A DNA stretch of 64,000 nt, from contig JAWMAR010000016.1 in assembly GCA_036785375.1 (NCBI GenBank), positions 744,001 to 808,000 on the forward strand, written 5' to 3'. A program made the position numbers and the translations under genes. This DNA comes from Leucoraja ocellata. Lineage: Eukaryota. Of the stretch, positions 49,711-61,035 are shown one piece after another; within the stretch, counting starts at the first letter, position 1, and every line of letters begins with the position of its first letter. The notes under the pieces are model-generated. The model searched no databases, was not told where the DNA came from, and worked only from the letters and a program-made list of their open reading frames with translations.

Positions 49711-50344
49711 AGGTCTATAGTGAAATGTGCTATCGGGCATATGACTCATTTCACTGTTCATCAAAAGTAACTGAGACCACAAATCAACTTCCAAAACCCA
49801 CAGTATCCTTGTGACACTCCCTGTTTGTTTTAACTGAGATTTGTACGTGGATGATCAAAGCCCACAGTGCAGGCAAACTCAAAGGCTGAAAAGATGCAAA
49901 CGCAAAATAAATCATTAAACTAGTCATCAGATGAACTGAAGGATCATTTGGCAGGTGACAAACTATTCCTCAGTTTATAAATAAATTACTTGCTCACATT
50001 TATTTTAGCTTGACTTCACTAAAGCACCTGTCAAAACTATTTTTCCACACTTTCCAAATTTTAATTTAGCCTAACCACCTAAAAATAGAAAATGTAAATT
50101 AGCTCTTACTTTTAAAGTAGGCATATCCAATGCAAAACACAAATGCCCTGCTCAATTGTATATTTTAATCTCCACAAGTTCCCAAGAACCGATTGCATTT
50201 TACATGACTTAACATCATAAAATAATGAAAGCATTAGATCGGCTCGATGCACAGAGTTTCTTACCCAGAGTAGGGGAATCGAAAACCAGAGGGCATAGTT
50301 TTAAGGTGAAAGGGGAAGAATTTACATAGATACTGTACATAGAT

Positions 50345-51035
50345 ATATAGACAATAGGTGCAGGAGTAGGCCATTCAGCCCTTCGAGCTAGCACCACCAT
50401 TCAATATGATCATGGCTGATCATCCACAATCAGTACCCCGTTCCTGCCTTCACTCCATACACCTTGATTCCGCTAGCCCTAAGAGCTCTATCAAGTCTCT
50501 CTTGAATGCATCCAGTGAATCGGCCTTCACTGCTTTCTGAGGCAGAGAATGCCACAAATTCACAACTCTGTGTGAATTTTTTTTTCCTCATCTCAGTTTT
50601 AAATGGCCTACCCCTTATTCTTAAACTGTGGCCCCTGGTTCTGGGCGCCCCCAACATCAGGAACATGTTTCCTGCAACTAGCGTGTCCAATCCCTTAAGA
50701 ATTTTATATGTTTCTATAAGATTCCCTCTCATCCTTCTAAATTCCAATGAATACAAGCTCCATTCTTTAAACATATGACAGTCCCGCCATCCCAGGAATT
50801 AACCTCGTGAACCTACACTGCACTCTCTCAATTGCAAGAATATCCTTCCTCAAATTAGGAGACCTAAACTGCACACAATACTCCAGGTGTGGTCTCACCA
50901 GGGCCCTGTACAATTTCAGATGGACCTCTTTGCTTCTAGATTAGATTAGATTATTCAATAGAGTTATTCTATACTCCTCTCCTCTCGTTATGAAGGCCAA
51001 TATGCCATTAGCTTTCTTCGCTGCCTGTTGTACCA
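50345..51035 (-). mobile_element. CR1 LINE 3' fragment
   Basis: LYSLEFRRMRGNLIETYKILKGLD..RTRGHSLRIRGRPFKTEMRK. Confidence 0.85.
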
Positions 51036-51304
51036 GCATGCTGGGAATGGGTGACGTTCCGGGTGAGGTCCCGACCCGGAACGTCACTCATCCTTTTGTC
51101 TCGAGAGATGTTGTCAGACCCTCTGAATTACTCCGGCACCTTGTGTCTATCTATCTGACAGGGATAATACTAGAATAGGAACTTCACCTCCACTGAATCA
51201 TTTTGTTTATCTATTTAAAGTTGAATCATTGTGCACCAGTTTACAATACAATTATGGCTTCCCCAATTTTAAATGGATTCACTGCATAATATTACTATGC
51301 ATTT

Positions 51305-51776
51305 CATGCAGCATCTGTGGAGAACATGGATAGGCACGATTCAGGTCATTATTCTTCTTCAGACTGAAGAAAGGACTCGACCTGAAGCATTACCTGTCCA
51401 TGTTATCCAGAGATGCTGCCTAACCCACTGAGTTACTGAACCACGTTATGTCTTTTTTTTATAAACCAGCATCTGCAGTTCCTTTTGTCCACAGGGTGCA
51501 TATCATGTTGTAAATTAATGCATTAATTAATATAGATTATAAATCTAATATAGAAACAAGGAACTGCAGATGCTGGTTCACAAAAATAGACACAAAGTGC
51601 TGGAGTAACTCAGCGGGTCAGGCAGCATCACTCAAGAGCATGGATGAGTTGTGTTTCACGTTTGGATCCTTCTTCAGGCTCGTCAGAAGGGTCCTGACCC
51701 GAAACGTCACCTATCCATGTTCTCCAGAGATGTTGCATGACCCCCTTACTCCAGCATTTTGAGTACTTTTTTATTT
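51305..51776. repeat. Two inverted pairs of Penelope-derived units (about 51305-51490 and 51551-51776)
   Basis: ttcttcttcagactgaagaaagg centre in the first pair; ATCTAATA duplicated at 51543-50 and 51777-84 around the second. Confidence 0.75.
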
Positions 51777-52824
51777 ATCTAATACATCAGAAATAATGCC
51801 ATTATATTTCAGCAATGCCTCTATTATTAAGATTTTATAATTTCATGAAAATAGCAATTTATTACATATAAATTGAGGGTGAATTTTAGGAACAGTAATC
51901 TCCTGTTGTCAAACAGCACCTCTCTCATTGCTACACCTCTGCAATGCTGCATAATCTATCAGTGCCATCTGCTGGAATGACAAACGTATTATAACATAAA
52001 AATATTTGTGTTCAAACCTAACAGCATTCCTGGTTTAATGAGCACACAGACCTAAAGCTAATGGGGGAATTGTGAACCTGAGTACTTTTAACCATCATTC
52101 GTCAATTAAGGGGTGGCACAGTGTCGCAGCGATAGAATTTCTGCCTTACAGCGCCAGAGACCCAGGTTCGATCCTCTCTATGGGTGCTCTCTGTACGGAG
52201 TTTGTACGTTCTCCCTGTGACCACATGGGATTTGTCTTGAAACTCTTCTTGATAAACATCAGATGCTCCAGAGTGAGTTTTTGAATAGCTGTTGGTAGAC
52301 AGCTATTTTTTCCAGCATCTGCAGTTTTTTCTTCAACATTTGAATAGCTGTTAAGTGTTTCTGGTTAAAATTGTGACTTTTATTCACTTAAAATATATCA
52401 GTACCAATAATAATCCTGAAGTAATCCTTGTGAAGCATCTTGAGCTTTGGCCCATCAAGTCTACTCTGCCACTGAATCATGGATGAACTATCATCTCCCT
52501 CTCAACCCCATACTCCTGCCTTCTCCCCATAATCCCTGACACCCTTACTAATCAAGTGCTAGTGTATGGGGATCACTGGTCGGCGCAGACTCAGTGTGCC
52601 GAAGAGCCTGTTTCTGCACTGTATCTCTAAACGAAACTAAACTACACTAAGACTAAACTTGAAGGCTGTCTGCAGTCCCTAGGCCTGATGCAGAGATTCT
52701 CCAGCATCCAGAAAGTCAACAGCATGATCTATGTAGCATTTAGTGGATATTTAGGCACAGCAGTGAGGAGAACATTCCACAACACAGTTGAAAATTTAGA
52801 CAGGCAGCAAAGATGGAGTGGAAC

Positions 52825-53190
52825 TTCGAAGACAGACACAAAATGCTGGAGTAACTCTGCGGGCAGCATCTCTGGAGAGAAGGAATGGGTGACGACTTTC
52901 GGGTCAAGACCATTCTTCAGACTGATGTCAGGGGAGAGGGAGATACATAGATAAGGAAGTGTAAGGTGTGAAAATAGGTCAAAGGGAATGAAGTTCAAGG
53001 AACATGTAGAATAGATCATTGTTAGCTGGGAGAAGGTAACAACAAAGCAAACAGAGATAAAATGTAGTCGGGCAGTAAGACTGGTCGGAGAACTGCGAAG
53101 GGGGAGGGATGGAGAGAGAGGGAATTCAAGGCTTACGAAGTTAGATAAGTTAATGTTCATACCGCTGGGATGTATGCTGCCCAAGCAAAA
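52825..53190 (-). mobile_element. Penelope-like 3' fragment
   Basis: LGSIHPSGMNINLSNF, then 3' UTR and degenerate core. Confidence 0.8.
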
Positions 53191-53319
53191 CTTGGTTGGA
53201 ACTTCACCACTTGTAAATACTTTATGTAGCATTTAACATCTACATGCTTTTTGTTAAGAATAATATGTGTAGTGCTTCCATGTGAATCATATAGTCACGT
53301 ACATATGGATTAAATAATA

Positions 53320-53565
53320 TAGCGTGGAAACAGGCCCTGCAGCCCACCAAGTCCATGCCGACCATTGATCATCCATTCACACTAGTTCCTTTTTATCCCA
53401 CTTTCGCATCAACTCCCTACACACGAGAAGCAATTTACTGAGGCCAATTAACCTACAGACCCACACGTCTTTGGGATGTGGGAGGAAACTGGAGCACCTG
53501 CAGAAAACTCATGCAGTCACAGGATTGAACCCAGGTCTCTGGTGCTGTGAGCCAGCTATGCCACT
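53320..53565 (-). mobile_element. V-SINE
   Basis: Tail, V-domain and partial head. Confidence 0.8.
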
Positions 53566-53789
53566 TTGCACATATGTACATGGAGTTCCAATTTAATTGT
53601 TTTTAAAAAATCAGTAATTAGACCAGACTATCTTGTCATTGAAGTCTTATGATATGCACATTTAGAAGTAAATTAATTAATATTTGGGTGAATTACAAGG
53701 GTTCAAATGCTCAAATCAGGAACAAAAAAACCTACTGAGCAAACTCAGCAGTTCAGCAGCATGTGTGAATAGAAAGGAACAGTCAACAT

Positions 53790-54382
53790 TTAGTTTAGTT
53801 TAGAGTTAGGATGAAGAAACAGACCCTTCAGCCCACCGTGTCCATGCAGACCAGTGATCACCCGTACACGAGCACTATCCTACACATGCTTGGGACAATT
53901 TACAATGATACCTAGCCAATTAACCTCCAAACCAGTACGTCAGTGGGAGGAAACCGAAAATCCCGGAGAAAACCCACGCAGGTCATGGGGAGAACGTAAA
54001 AACTCTGTACAGACACCACCCGTAGTCAGGATCGAATCCGGGTTTCTGGTGCTGTAAGGCAGTAAAGGCCCTGTCCCACTTTCCCGAGTTACTCACAAAC
54101 TCTCCCGGGTTTTCCCCTTGATTCAAACTCGGGGAATGTCCGTAGGAGGCCGTAGGAGTCCATAGATGTTTTGTAGCAGATCGTAATGCCAGCTGTAGGT
54201 ACTTGGGGCATAAGGTAAGTCGGGACGTTTCATCAACGTTAAATAATGTCCACGAGTAAAAAAAATAGCCCGAGTATCTACGAACCGTAATTATCCGAGT
54301 TCGAAACAAGGGGAAAACTCGGGAGAGTTCGTGAGTAACTCGGGAAAGTGGGACAGGGCCTTAATCTATCGCCGTGCAGCCC
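53790..54382 (-). mobile_element. V-SINE with its head split by a Harbinger MITE
   Basis: gctgtaaggcagtaa|MITE|taatctatcgccg. Confidence 0.75.
54066..54361. mobile_element. Intact PIF/Harbinger MITE about 740 bp upstream of the gpr37l1 ATG
   Basis: TIRs of about 65 bp (aggccctgtcccactttcccgagttactcac.. / ..gtgagtaactcgggaaagtgggacagggcct); TAA TSD at 54063-65 and 54362-64. Confidence 0.88.
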
Positions 54383-54499
54383 ATTTCGGATCAAAACTTT
54401 GCATTAGGAATAGGATTGAAGTTGGTCCTGACCAAAAGTGCCAATTATTCCCAGATGCTGCTTGACTGGTTGAAATCCTCCAGCAGATTATGCTTGAGT

Positions 54500-54760
54500 T
54501 TTGGTTATTCTCGGGTGTACTAAGGTACAGTGAAAAGCTTTTGTTGCGTACTAACTAACCAGTCAGCGAAAAGACAACACACGATTACAATCCAGCCAGC
54601 CACAGTGTACAGATACATGATAAAGGGAATAACGTGAATAATAACGTTTAGTGCAACATTAAGTCCAGTAAAGTCCGATCAAAGATGGTCCAAGGGTCTT
54701 CAATGAGGCGGATAGTAGCTCAGGACTGCTCTCTAGTTGTTGGAAGGGTGGTTCGGTTCA
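54500..54760 (-). mobile_element. Rex1/L2-type LINE 3' UTR fragment
   Basis: Reverse complement of the 3' UTR seen at 21240-21485. Confidence 0.65.
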
Positions 54761-55102
54761 ATTAAGCTACTTTGAGATTCCCTGAAACCTACTTTGAGAA
54801 TCCCTTTGTGAAGTCTTCATTCCCACCAGCAGGCGGCAATTCAGGCTCCCCCTTGTATGTGCGCCAGTGTTCGGGTCGAGAATAACAAGGATTTGGGACG
54901 ACTGCTTTGCAGCAACGTTAGGTTTGAGAGGCAGAGCATCGATGTGGTAACTGGGGGGCATTTTCCTTTTTACCGTCATCTAACAAGCGTCGGAAATTTT
55001 TGCAAGCAAATGCAAAGAGCATCAAGTGGGTGGTTTTAGAGAAAGGGTGGGTTGTGTTGAGACGTTTGTTAATCTGCTGACGCTGCTGAGAAAGTAGAGG
55101 AG

Positions 55103-55888
55103 ATGTTTCTCTCTCTTGCTGTTTTATTTCTGCTCCGGGGTTTTGCTTTCGTATCTGCGGTCTCTGGAGGGCAGCCTGGCCCGGGGATGGAGACCAGGGA
55201 AGAGATGGTCGATTTACAACTGGGGAATAAGGAGACCGGCGTTCAGCTGCTACCTGAAGCCGAAATGCATGCGACAGGTGCACCGAGCCCAGGCTGGGAT
55301 TCAGGAAACTCGAGATCTGGGCAAAAGTTGGGAAATGTGACTGTCTATCCCCTAAGCGCCGAGTTTCGGGGACGGCGCGGGGCTGTCGACAATGGCCAAG
55401 TTATCACGGAGGAGGCAACTGCCGTTTCTCTGCGCAACAACTCAACGGAGCCCCGCCACCTCTCGCCCACTCACCTCCAAATAACTTCCAGGGTCCCTCT
55501 TTCTCCGTTCGAAGACGACGGGACGCAGTTGCAAGGAGAAGGGACGCGAGGTGTTGCAGACGAGCAGAGTCTGGGAATGGAGACGACGGCGAGGAGGCTG
55601 CAATTGGAGAACGGCTCCTACTCGCTCCCTGACACCACCTACAGTGCTTACGCCGTGGTCCTTCTCTCCTTGGTACTCTTCACCGTCGGCATCATCGGCA
55701 ACCTGGCCGTGATGTGCATTGTTTGCCACAACTACTACATGAAAAGCGCCTGGAACAATATCCTGGCTGGCATGGCATGTTGGGACTTCTTGGTCATCTT
55801 CTTCTGCCTGCCTGTGGTGGTCTTCAACGAGATCACCAAGAAGCGGCTTCTAGGAGACATCGGCTGCAAGGTCGTGCCTTATTTGGAG
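55103..55888 (+). CDS. gpr37l1: G-protein coupled receptor 37-like 1, coding exon 1 (signal peptide, ectodomain, TM1 to start of TM3)
   Basis: ATG at 55103 with an in-frame upstream TAA (55070-72) and a hydrophobic signal peptide. [56 protein letters not shown] matches GPR37L1. Donor GAG|GTGAGA follows 55888; 786 nt, phase 0. Confidence 0.93.
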
Positions 55889-56234
55889 GTGAGATCACTC
55901 ACTCTAGCTTTGCTCCAAGAGTAAGAATCTTCTGCTGGCGAGGTTAACGAGTTGAACTGTTGCATTGGTAATCCAACATTTATGGAGACCATCATTCGGC
56001 CTTTCAACTGATTCCGCCCAGCGAGACCAAAGGTTTGCACCCCGTGGCCGCATCGGTAGGGTATCATGGGCATTGTTTATACATGGGAATATACATAATT
56101 AGTAGAACAACTCCAAAAACCCATCCCCCAAAGAAAGACGGGTTTGCAAGGTCTTATGAACCGGGAGTAAAGCAATTTTGTACACATTTCTTTGTGTTAA
56201 GTTTAGTTAAGATTAGTTTATAGTTACAGCGCCC

Positions 56235-57012
56235 TTGTCTCCATTCTCATATTCATGTGCCTGTCCAAATATCTCTCAAATGTCACTATGGTGTCTGCTT
56301 CAACCACCACCCATCGGCAGCACAATCCAAGCACTCACCATCCTCTGTGCAAAAATCATGCCCCTTTTCACACTGAGAGTGGTGAATCTCTGGAAGTCTC
56401 TGCCACAGAGGGTAGTTGAGGCCAGTTCATTGGCTATGTTTAAGAGGGAGTTAGATGTGGCCCTTGTGGCTAAAGGGATCAGGGGGGTATAGAGAGAAGG
56501 CAGGTACAGGATACTGAGTTGGATGATCAGCCATGATCATATTGAATGGCGGTGCAGGCTCGAAGGGCCGAATGGCCTACTCCTGCACCTATTTTCTATG
56601 TTGCTATGTTTATCTCCTTTAAAAATGTGCCCCTCCCACTTTAAAGCTGTGCCCTCTAGTTTTTTACTTTTGCACCCTGGGGAAAAAGGTCTGACATTCT
56701 ACCCTTATTATTGAAGAAGAAGGGTTTAGACCCGAAACGTTGCCTATTTCCTTCGCTCCATAGATGCTGTTGCACCCGCTGAGTTTTTCCATCACTTTTG
56801 TCTACCTTCTACCCTTATTATGTCTCTCGTTAGTTTATATACTTACAACAGATCTCCCATCAACTTTAGAAGCTTTAGAGAAAACAATCCAAGTTTGTCC
56901 AAACTCTTCAGATAGACAATACCCTATGAACCAGGGCGCATTCTGGTGAACCACTTCTACACCCTCTCCAAAGACTTCATATACCTCCTGTAATGGGGCA
57001 ATCAGAACTGAA
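56235..57012. mobile_element. Composite CR1 fragments (minus-strand host with a plus-strand CR1 3' end at about 56366-56610)
   Basis: RVVNLWKSLPQRVVEASSLAMFKRELD plus 3' UTR lies inside an opposite-strand CR1. Confidence 0.75.
56712..56806 (+). repeat. 95-nt solo Penelope-derived hammerhead-core unit with a perfect 15-bp TSD
   Basis: TTCTACCCTTATTAT at 56697-56711 and 56807-56821. Confidence 0.85.
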
Positions 57013-57164
57013 CACCGTCTGAAGAAGTTTTCTGACCCGAAATGTCACCTACTCCTTCTCTCCAGAGATGCTGCCTGACCTGCTGAAATACTCCAGCATT
57101 TTGTGTCTATCTACAATACTTCGTTGAATTCATTATCTACAATACTTTCGCTGAATACATTCGC

Positions 57165-57640
57165 TCAGTCTGCCTGGTCCTACCTGATCTCCCAGTTGTT
57201 AAACACTTTAATTCCCCTTCCCATTCGCACACTGACCTTTCGGTCCTCGGCCTCCTCCATTGTCAGAGTGAGGCTAAACGCAAATTGGAGGAACAGCACC
57301 TCATATTTCGCTTGGGCAGCTTACACCCCAGAGGTATGATTATTGATTTCTCTAACCAAGTAATACCTGCATTCCCTCTCTTTCCACCCCTCCTCCACCC
57401 AAGTATTTTGTTCACACCTAGCTACAGCTAACAATGGCCTGTTTCCATTATCATTGTTACTTTTTTGCATATCTTCATTCATTGTTCTATATCTCTCTGC
57501 ATCATCATCTTCACCTCTCGTTCCCCTTTCCCGTGACTTTCAGTCTGAAGAAGGGTCTCGACCTGAAACTTCACCCATTCCTTCTCTCCAGAGATGTTGC
57601 CTGTTCTGCTGAGTTACTCCAGCATTTTGTGTCTACAATA
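57165..57640 (+). mobile_element. Penelope-like 3' fragment in the gpr37l1 intron
   Basis: LLHCQSEAKRKLEEQHLIFRLGSLHP; core ctgaagaagggtctcgacctgaaacttc at 57545-57572. Confidence 0.82.
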
Positions 57641-58011
57641 CTTCAAATGCAACCTAATCAAAGTTTTATAAAGCTACAACATGACCTATACATTGCCTCA
57701 ACTGGTGAAGGCAAGTATACCATAAACTCTCTTTATCATTTTTTCTTGCTGCATGCTATTTGTCTCTTCAGAACCTTTCCCTCATCCATTACATGAGTAT
57801 GCAACAAGTGGCTGTCACGCAGGCATCAATGGTGACCACATCACTAGAGGGCATAGAGAGTTCAGTAGCACCCAACATCATATCTACCCAGGATTCACAA
57901 CGAGCCATGCGTTTAGCTATACCTCAGAGGAACTATGTCCCCATAGATAACTTCCACAACAGAATAGTCCTTCACAACCTAGACTTTCTAAACGTAAAGT
58001 AAACATTCACA

Positions 58012-58270
58012 GGGGTGCACGGTGGCCTTACAGCACCAGAGACCCAGGTTTGATCCTAACTATCGGTGTGGTCTCCCTGAGACCACGTGGGTTTTCGTCA
58101 GGTGCACTGGTTTCCTCCCACACGGCAAAGACATACAGGTTTGTAGGTTACTTGGCTTTGGTAATAATTGTACATTGTCCCTATTGTATAGGATAGTGCT
58201 AGTGTACGTAGCAATCCTAGTCGGAGGGGACTGAGTAGCCGAAGGGCATTTCCACATTCTTATCTCTAAT
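58012..58270 (+). mobile_element. V-SINE (intronic)
   Basis: Head remnant, V-domain and tail. Confidence 0.75.
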
Positions 58271-59012
58271 GTGTAAAGCCTAAAGTTTAAACAGGTAGCA
58301 CCAGAGTTTGCGATTGAGGGGGGTTACAAGAGGCATAAGATGCAGCACTGTTGCTATGCCACGATTCTGCCTTACAAGCAACATGGTTAACCACAATTGT
58401 GTAATTTTTGGGAGTATTTCTAGCAGTTGGTCCCTTGAATATGAACGCATTATACTAGCAACACCGTTCTAAATGGAGTTCATCAATACTGTTCTAAATG
58501 GTACTGCCAAACTTTGAAATCCATTTAGAACTTGTTCAGTCTGTAGGGACTCCGAAGGCTAGTGTATTGCATTACTTGCAGAAGTGTTGCCCTCTGTTAC
58601 AGATTGTGTTAGGGACCCTCCAAGATCTCTAGGGCATTCCCAGAAAGGCCTCTATAAAGACATAGATAAGGTCAACAAATTACTGCTCATCTTGGGGCAG
58701 TCTGCAATGGCTGCGCATGACAATGGATGGTCCATCTTCTTCTTGGGCTGATGGTGCAGTTAATGATGTTTGGTCTTGAGGAGTAGAGAACTTCACCAAC
58801 CTCCTTCATGGAGTGGACATCAACAAACTGATGTATGGGCGAATAAGAGCAGAAAAAGTCCACTCGGCACTCGAGCAAACCTCGACATTCAACATGATCA
58901 TGGCTGATGCTTCATGCCAATTCTCAGTAGCCCCCAATTCACTAGCTTTAAAAAATGTATCAACCTCTTCTTTAATTATTGGTGGAAGGAGATGCAAACA
59001 ATTTCATAAAAA

Positions 59013-59327
59013 GGGGGCAGCACAGTGATGCAGCTGGTAGAACTGCTGCCAGGGATCCGGTTTTGATCCTGACCCTAGGTGCTGTCTATGTGGAGTTTGC
59101 ACGTTCCCACTGTGACCTCGTAGGTTTCCTCCATGTGAATGGTGTCCTCCCACATCCCGAAGACAGGTTCGTGGGTTACTTGGCCTCGGTAAATCACCCT
59201 TAGTGTGGAGGGAGTGGATGAGAAAGTGGGATCACATAGAACTAGTGTGAACGGATGATCGATGGCCAGAACAGGCTCGGTGGGTCGAAGGGTCTGTTAC
59301 AATGCTGTATATTTCAATCAATTAATC
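59013..59327 (+). mobile_element. V-SINE (intronic)
   Basis: ggggcagcacagtgatgcagctggtagaactgctgcc head, V-domain and tcaatcaa tail. Confidence 0.8.
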
Positions 59328-61035
59328 AATTACTGATAATGATCCACATCTCTCCATGGCAAAGAATGACAAACATTTACCACCCTCTGTGGCATTTTCC
59401 AACAGAGTAAGTTGTCAGTGAGCAGGTGATGTGCAACCAATAACAAAGGAATGCAGTTCATTGCAGTTATTCCTTTTTAATAGCATTTGTTTCTGAACTG
59501 CAACTTTAGGAAAAGCTGAAAATTGACAGACCTCATAGGAAAATATTTGGCATTGCCGTACCATTGGCATTATCTTGACAAGATTGAGGGTAGAGAGGGT
59601 AAAGTTAATAAATAATGAAAAACTCAGCCCAAAATAGATGGTACTGAAAGCCCCCCGGAAATGTGTACAAAATCGCTTTCCTCTGCACTGACATGTTTTC
59701 CAACTACACTACGCAGTCTTCTTTAGCCTTGCACGAATGAATTTCTAGGCCATAGCCTTTGCACAAATGCTGACTGTCTAGCAGTGGAGACTTGGCAGGT
59801 CCTGGTAATTGTTAGGTGCCCCTCCTGTGTTTTAAATTAAGCTAAATAGAAGCACTTCCCTGAAAGATCAGCTGCAGGAAGTTTGGAGAAGCAAAGCTGT
59901 GTAATATCAAAGGAGGTAGTATCTTTCAGAAGTTCATTTTGTTTGAAAGTTTTGGCATTCGGCTTTGATTATGCAAATATGGCCTATAAGAAAGATGTAA
60001 GTGTTCTTAGAAACCATAACAGCAGTTCATTGTGCATAACATAATGCCAAATAGATGTGGGAGGGAGTAAAAAACATTTTTTTTTCATGGATTGGATGAG
60101 GCAATGTTGCGAGATTGCTGCTCATTTAAAGAGATTGTTTTGGAAATAATTGTTATGGTTCATAACTTTAATGTTTTGAATGCTAAAGCTAAGTATGAAC
60201 ACTGCTTTCGGAATTGTCTATTTAAAATCAAATATTGATTTTGATATTATTTTCATAACTAACTGAACATTTCAATGTTATAATTCTCTGAAGATGAATT
60301 GATTTGAAATGGCTCTGCAATTTTCACCAATTTAATTGAAGACATGATTTGCAAAATTTTTGAGTAATCTGCATGAAAAAGTAATATTCAAAAAAGGAAT
60401 GAGGTTATGTACTATCATTTCACATTATTCTTTAATTAAAGTTGTCATATTGCTATATTATAACAAATCCAACACATTAAATTTATAATTATAACTCAAC
60501 GTCATTTAAATGCAATCATACCAGTAATTACTACATTTTATATTATTAAGAAGGTTTTTTTAATAAAAAATAATTCATTTAACTATGATTTAGTAATGTT
60601 GCTAAATGCATTGCTAAATATGAATGGCCATTTTACTCATTCAATTAGCACAATCCCATTTAGCATTCATTGAATGAAAACTATAATGCTGCTAAATGCA
60701 TTGTTATATATGTTATATATTGTTATACGTGCTATACATTGTTATATATGGATATACATTATATATGTTATACATTGTTATATATGGATGGTGATTTTAC
60801 TAATTCAACTGGCACATTCTAATTTAGCATTAATTAAATAAAAAACATAACGTTATTGCACTTTTCTTTTCAAGAATTTTAATTATCGTATGTTATTGCT
60901 TAGTATGGATGTTTGAGGCATTGCTGGTGCAGAATGATTGCTGCATTTGCCCGCAAAACCAAGATCAATAAGCTTTGTGTGTGGATTTTATCATGTGGGC
61001 ATTATATGAATTAAAATTCATATTTTAACTTCCAG

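Larger units (their letters stand above)
55889..61035 (+). other. Single GT-AG intron of gpr37l1 (about 5.1 kb)
   Basis: Canonical GT...AG splitting YLE|VSSLG. GPR37 and GPR37L1 are known two-exon genes. Confidence 0.9.

Noticed and set aside
54767-54805. 17-bp tandem duplication (ctactttgaga.tccct) upstream of gpr37l1 as a regulatory element
   Set aside because: The duplication is real, but I recognise no binding motif and have no evidence of function; no TATA box or TSS could be placed
55889-55924. ORF-track extension of exon 1 ([11 protein letters not shown]-stop) as a truncated single-exon receptor
   Set aside because: This is read-through past a canonical GT donor; homology resumes in frame at 61036
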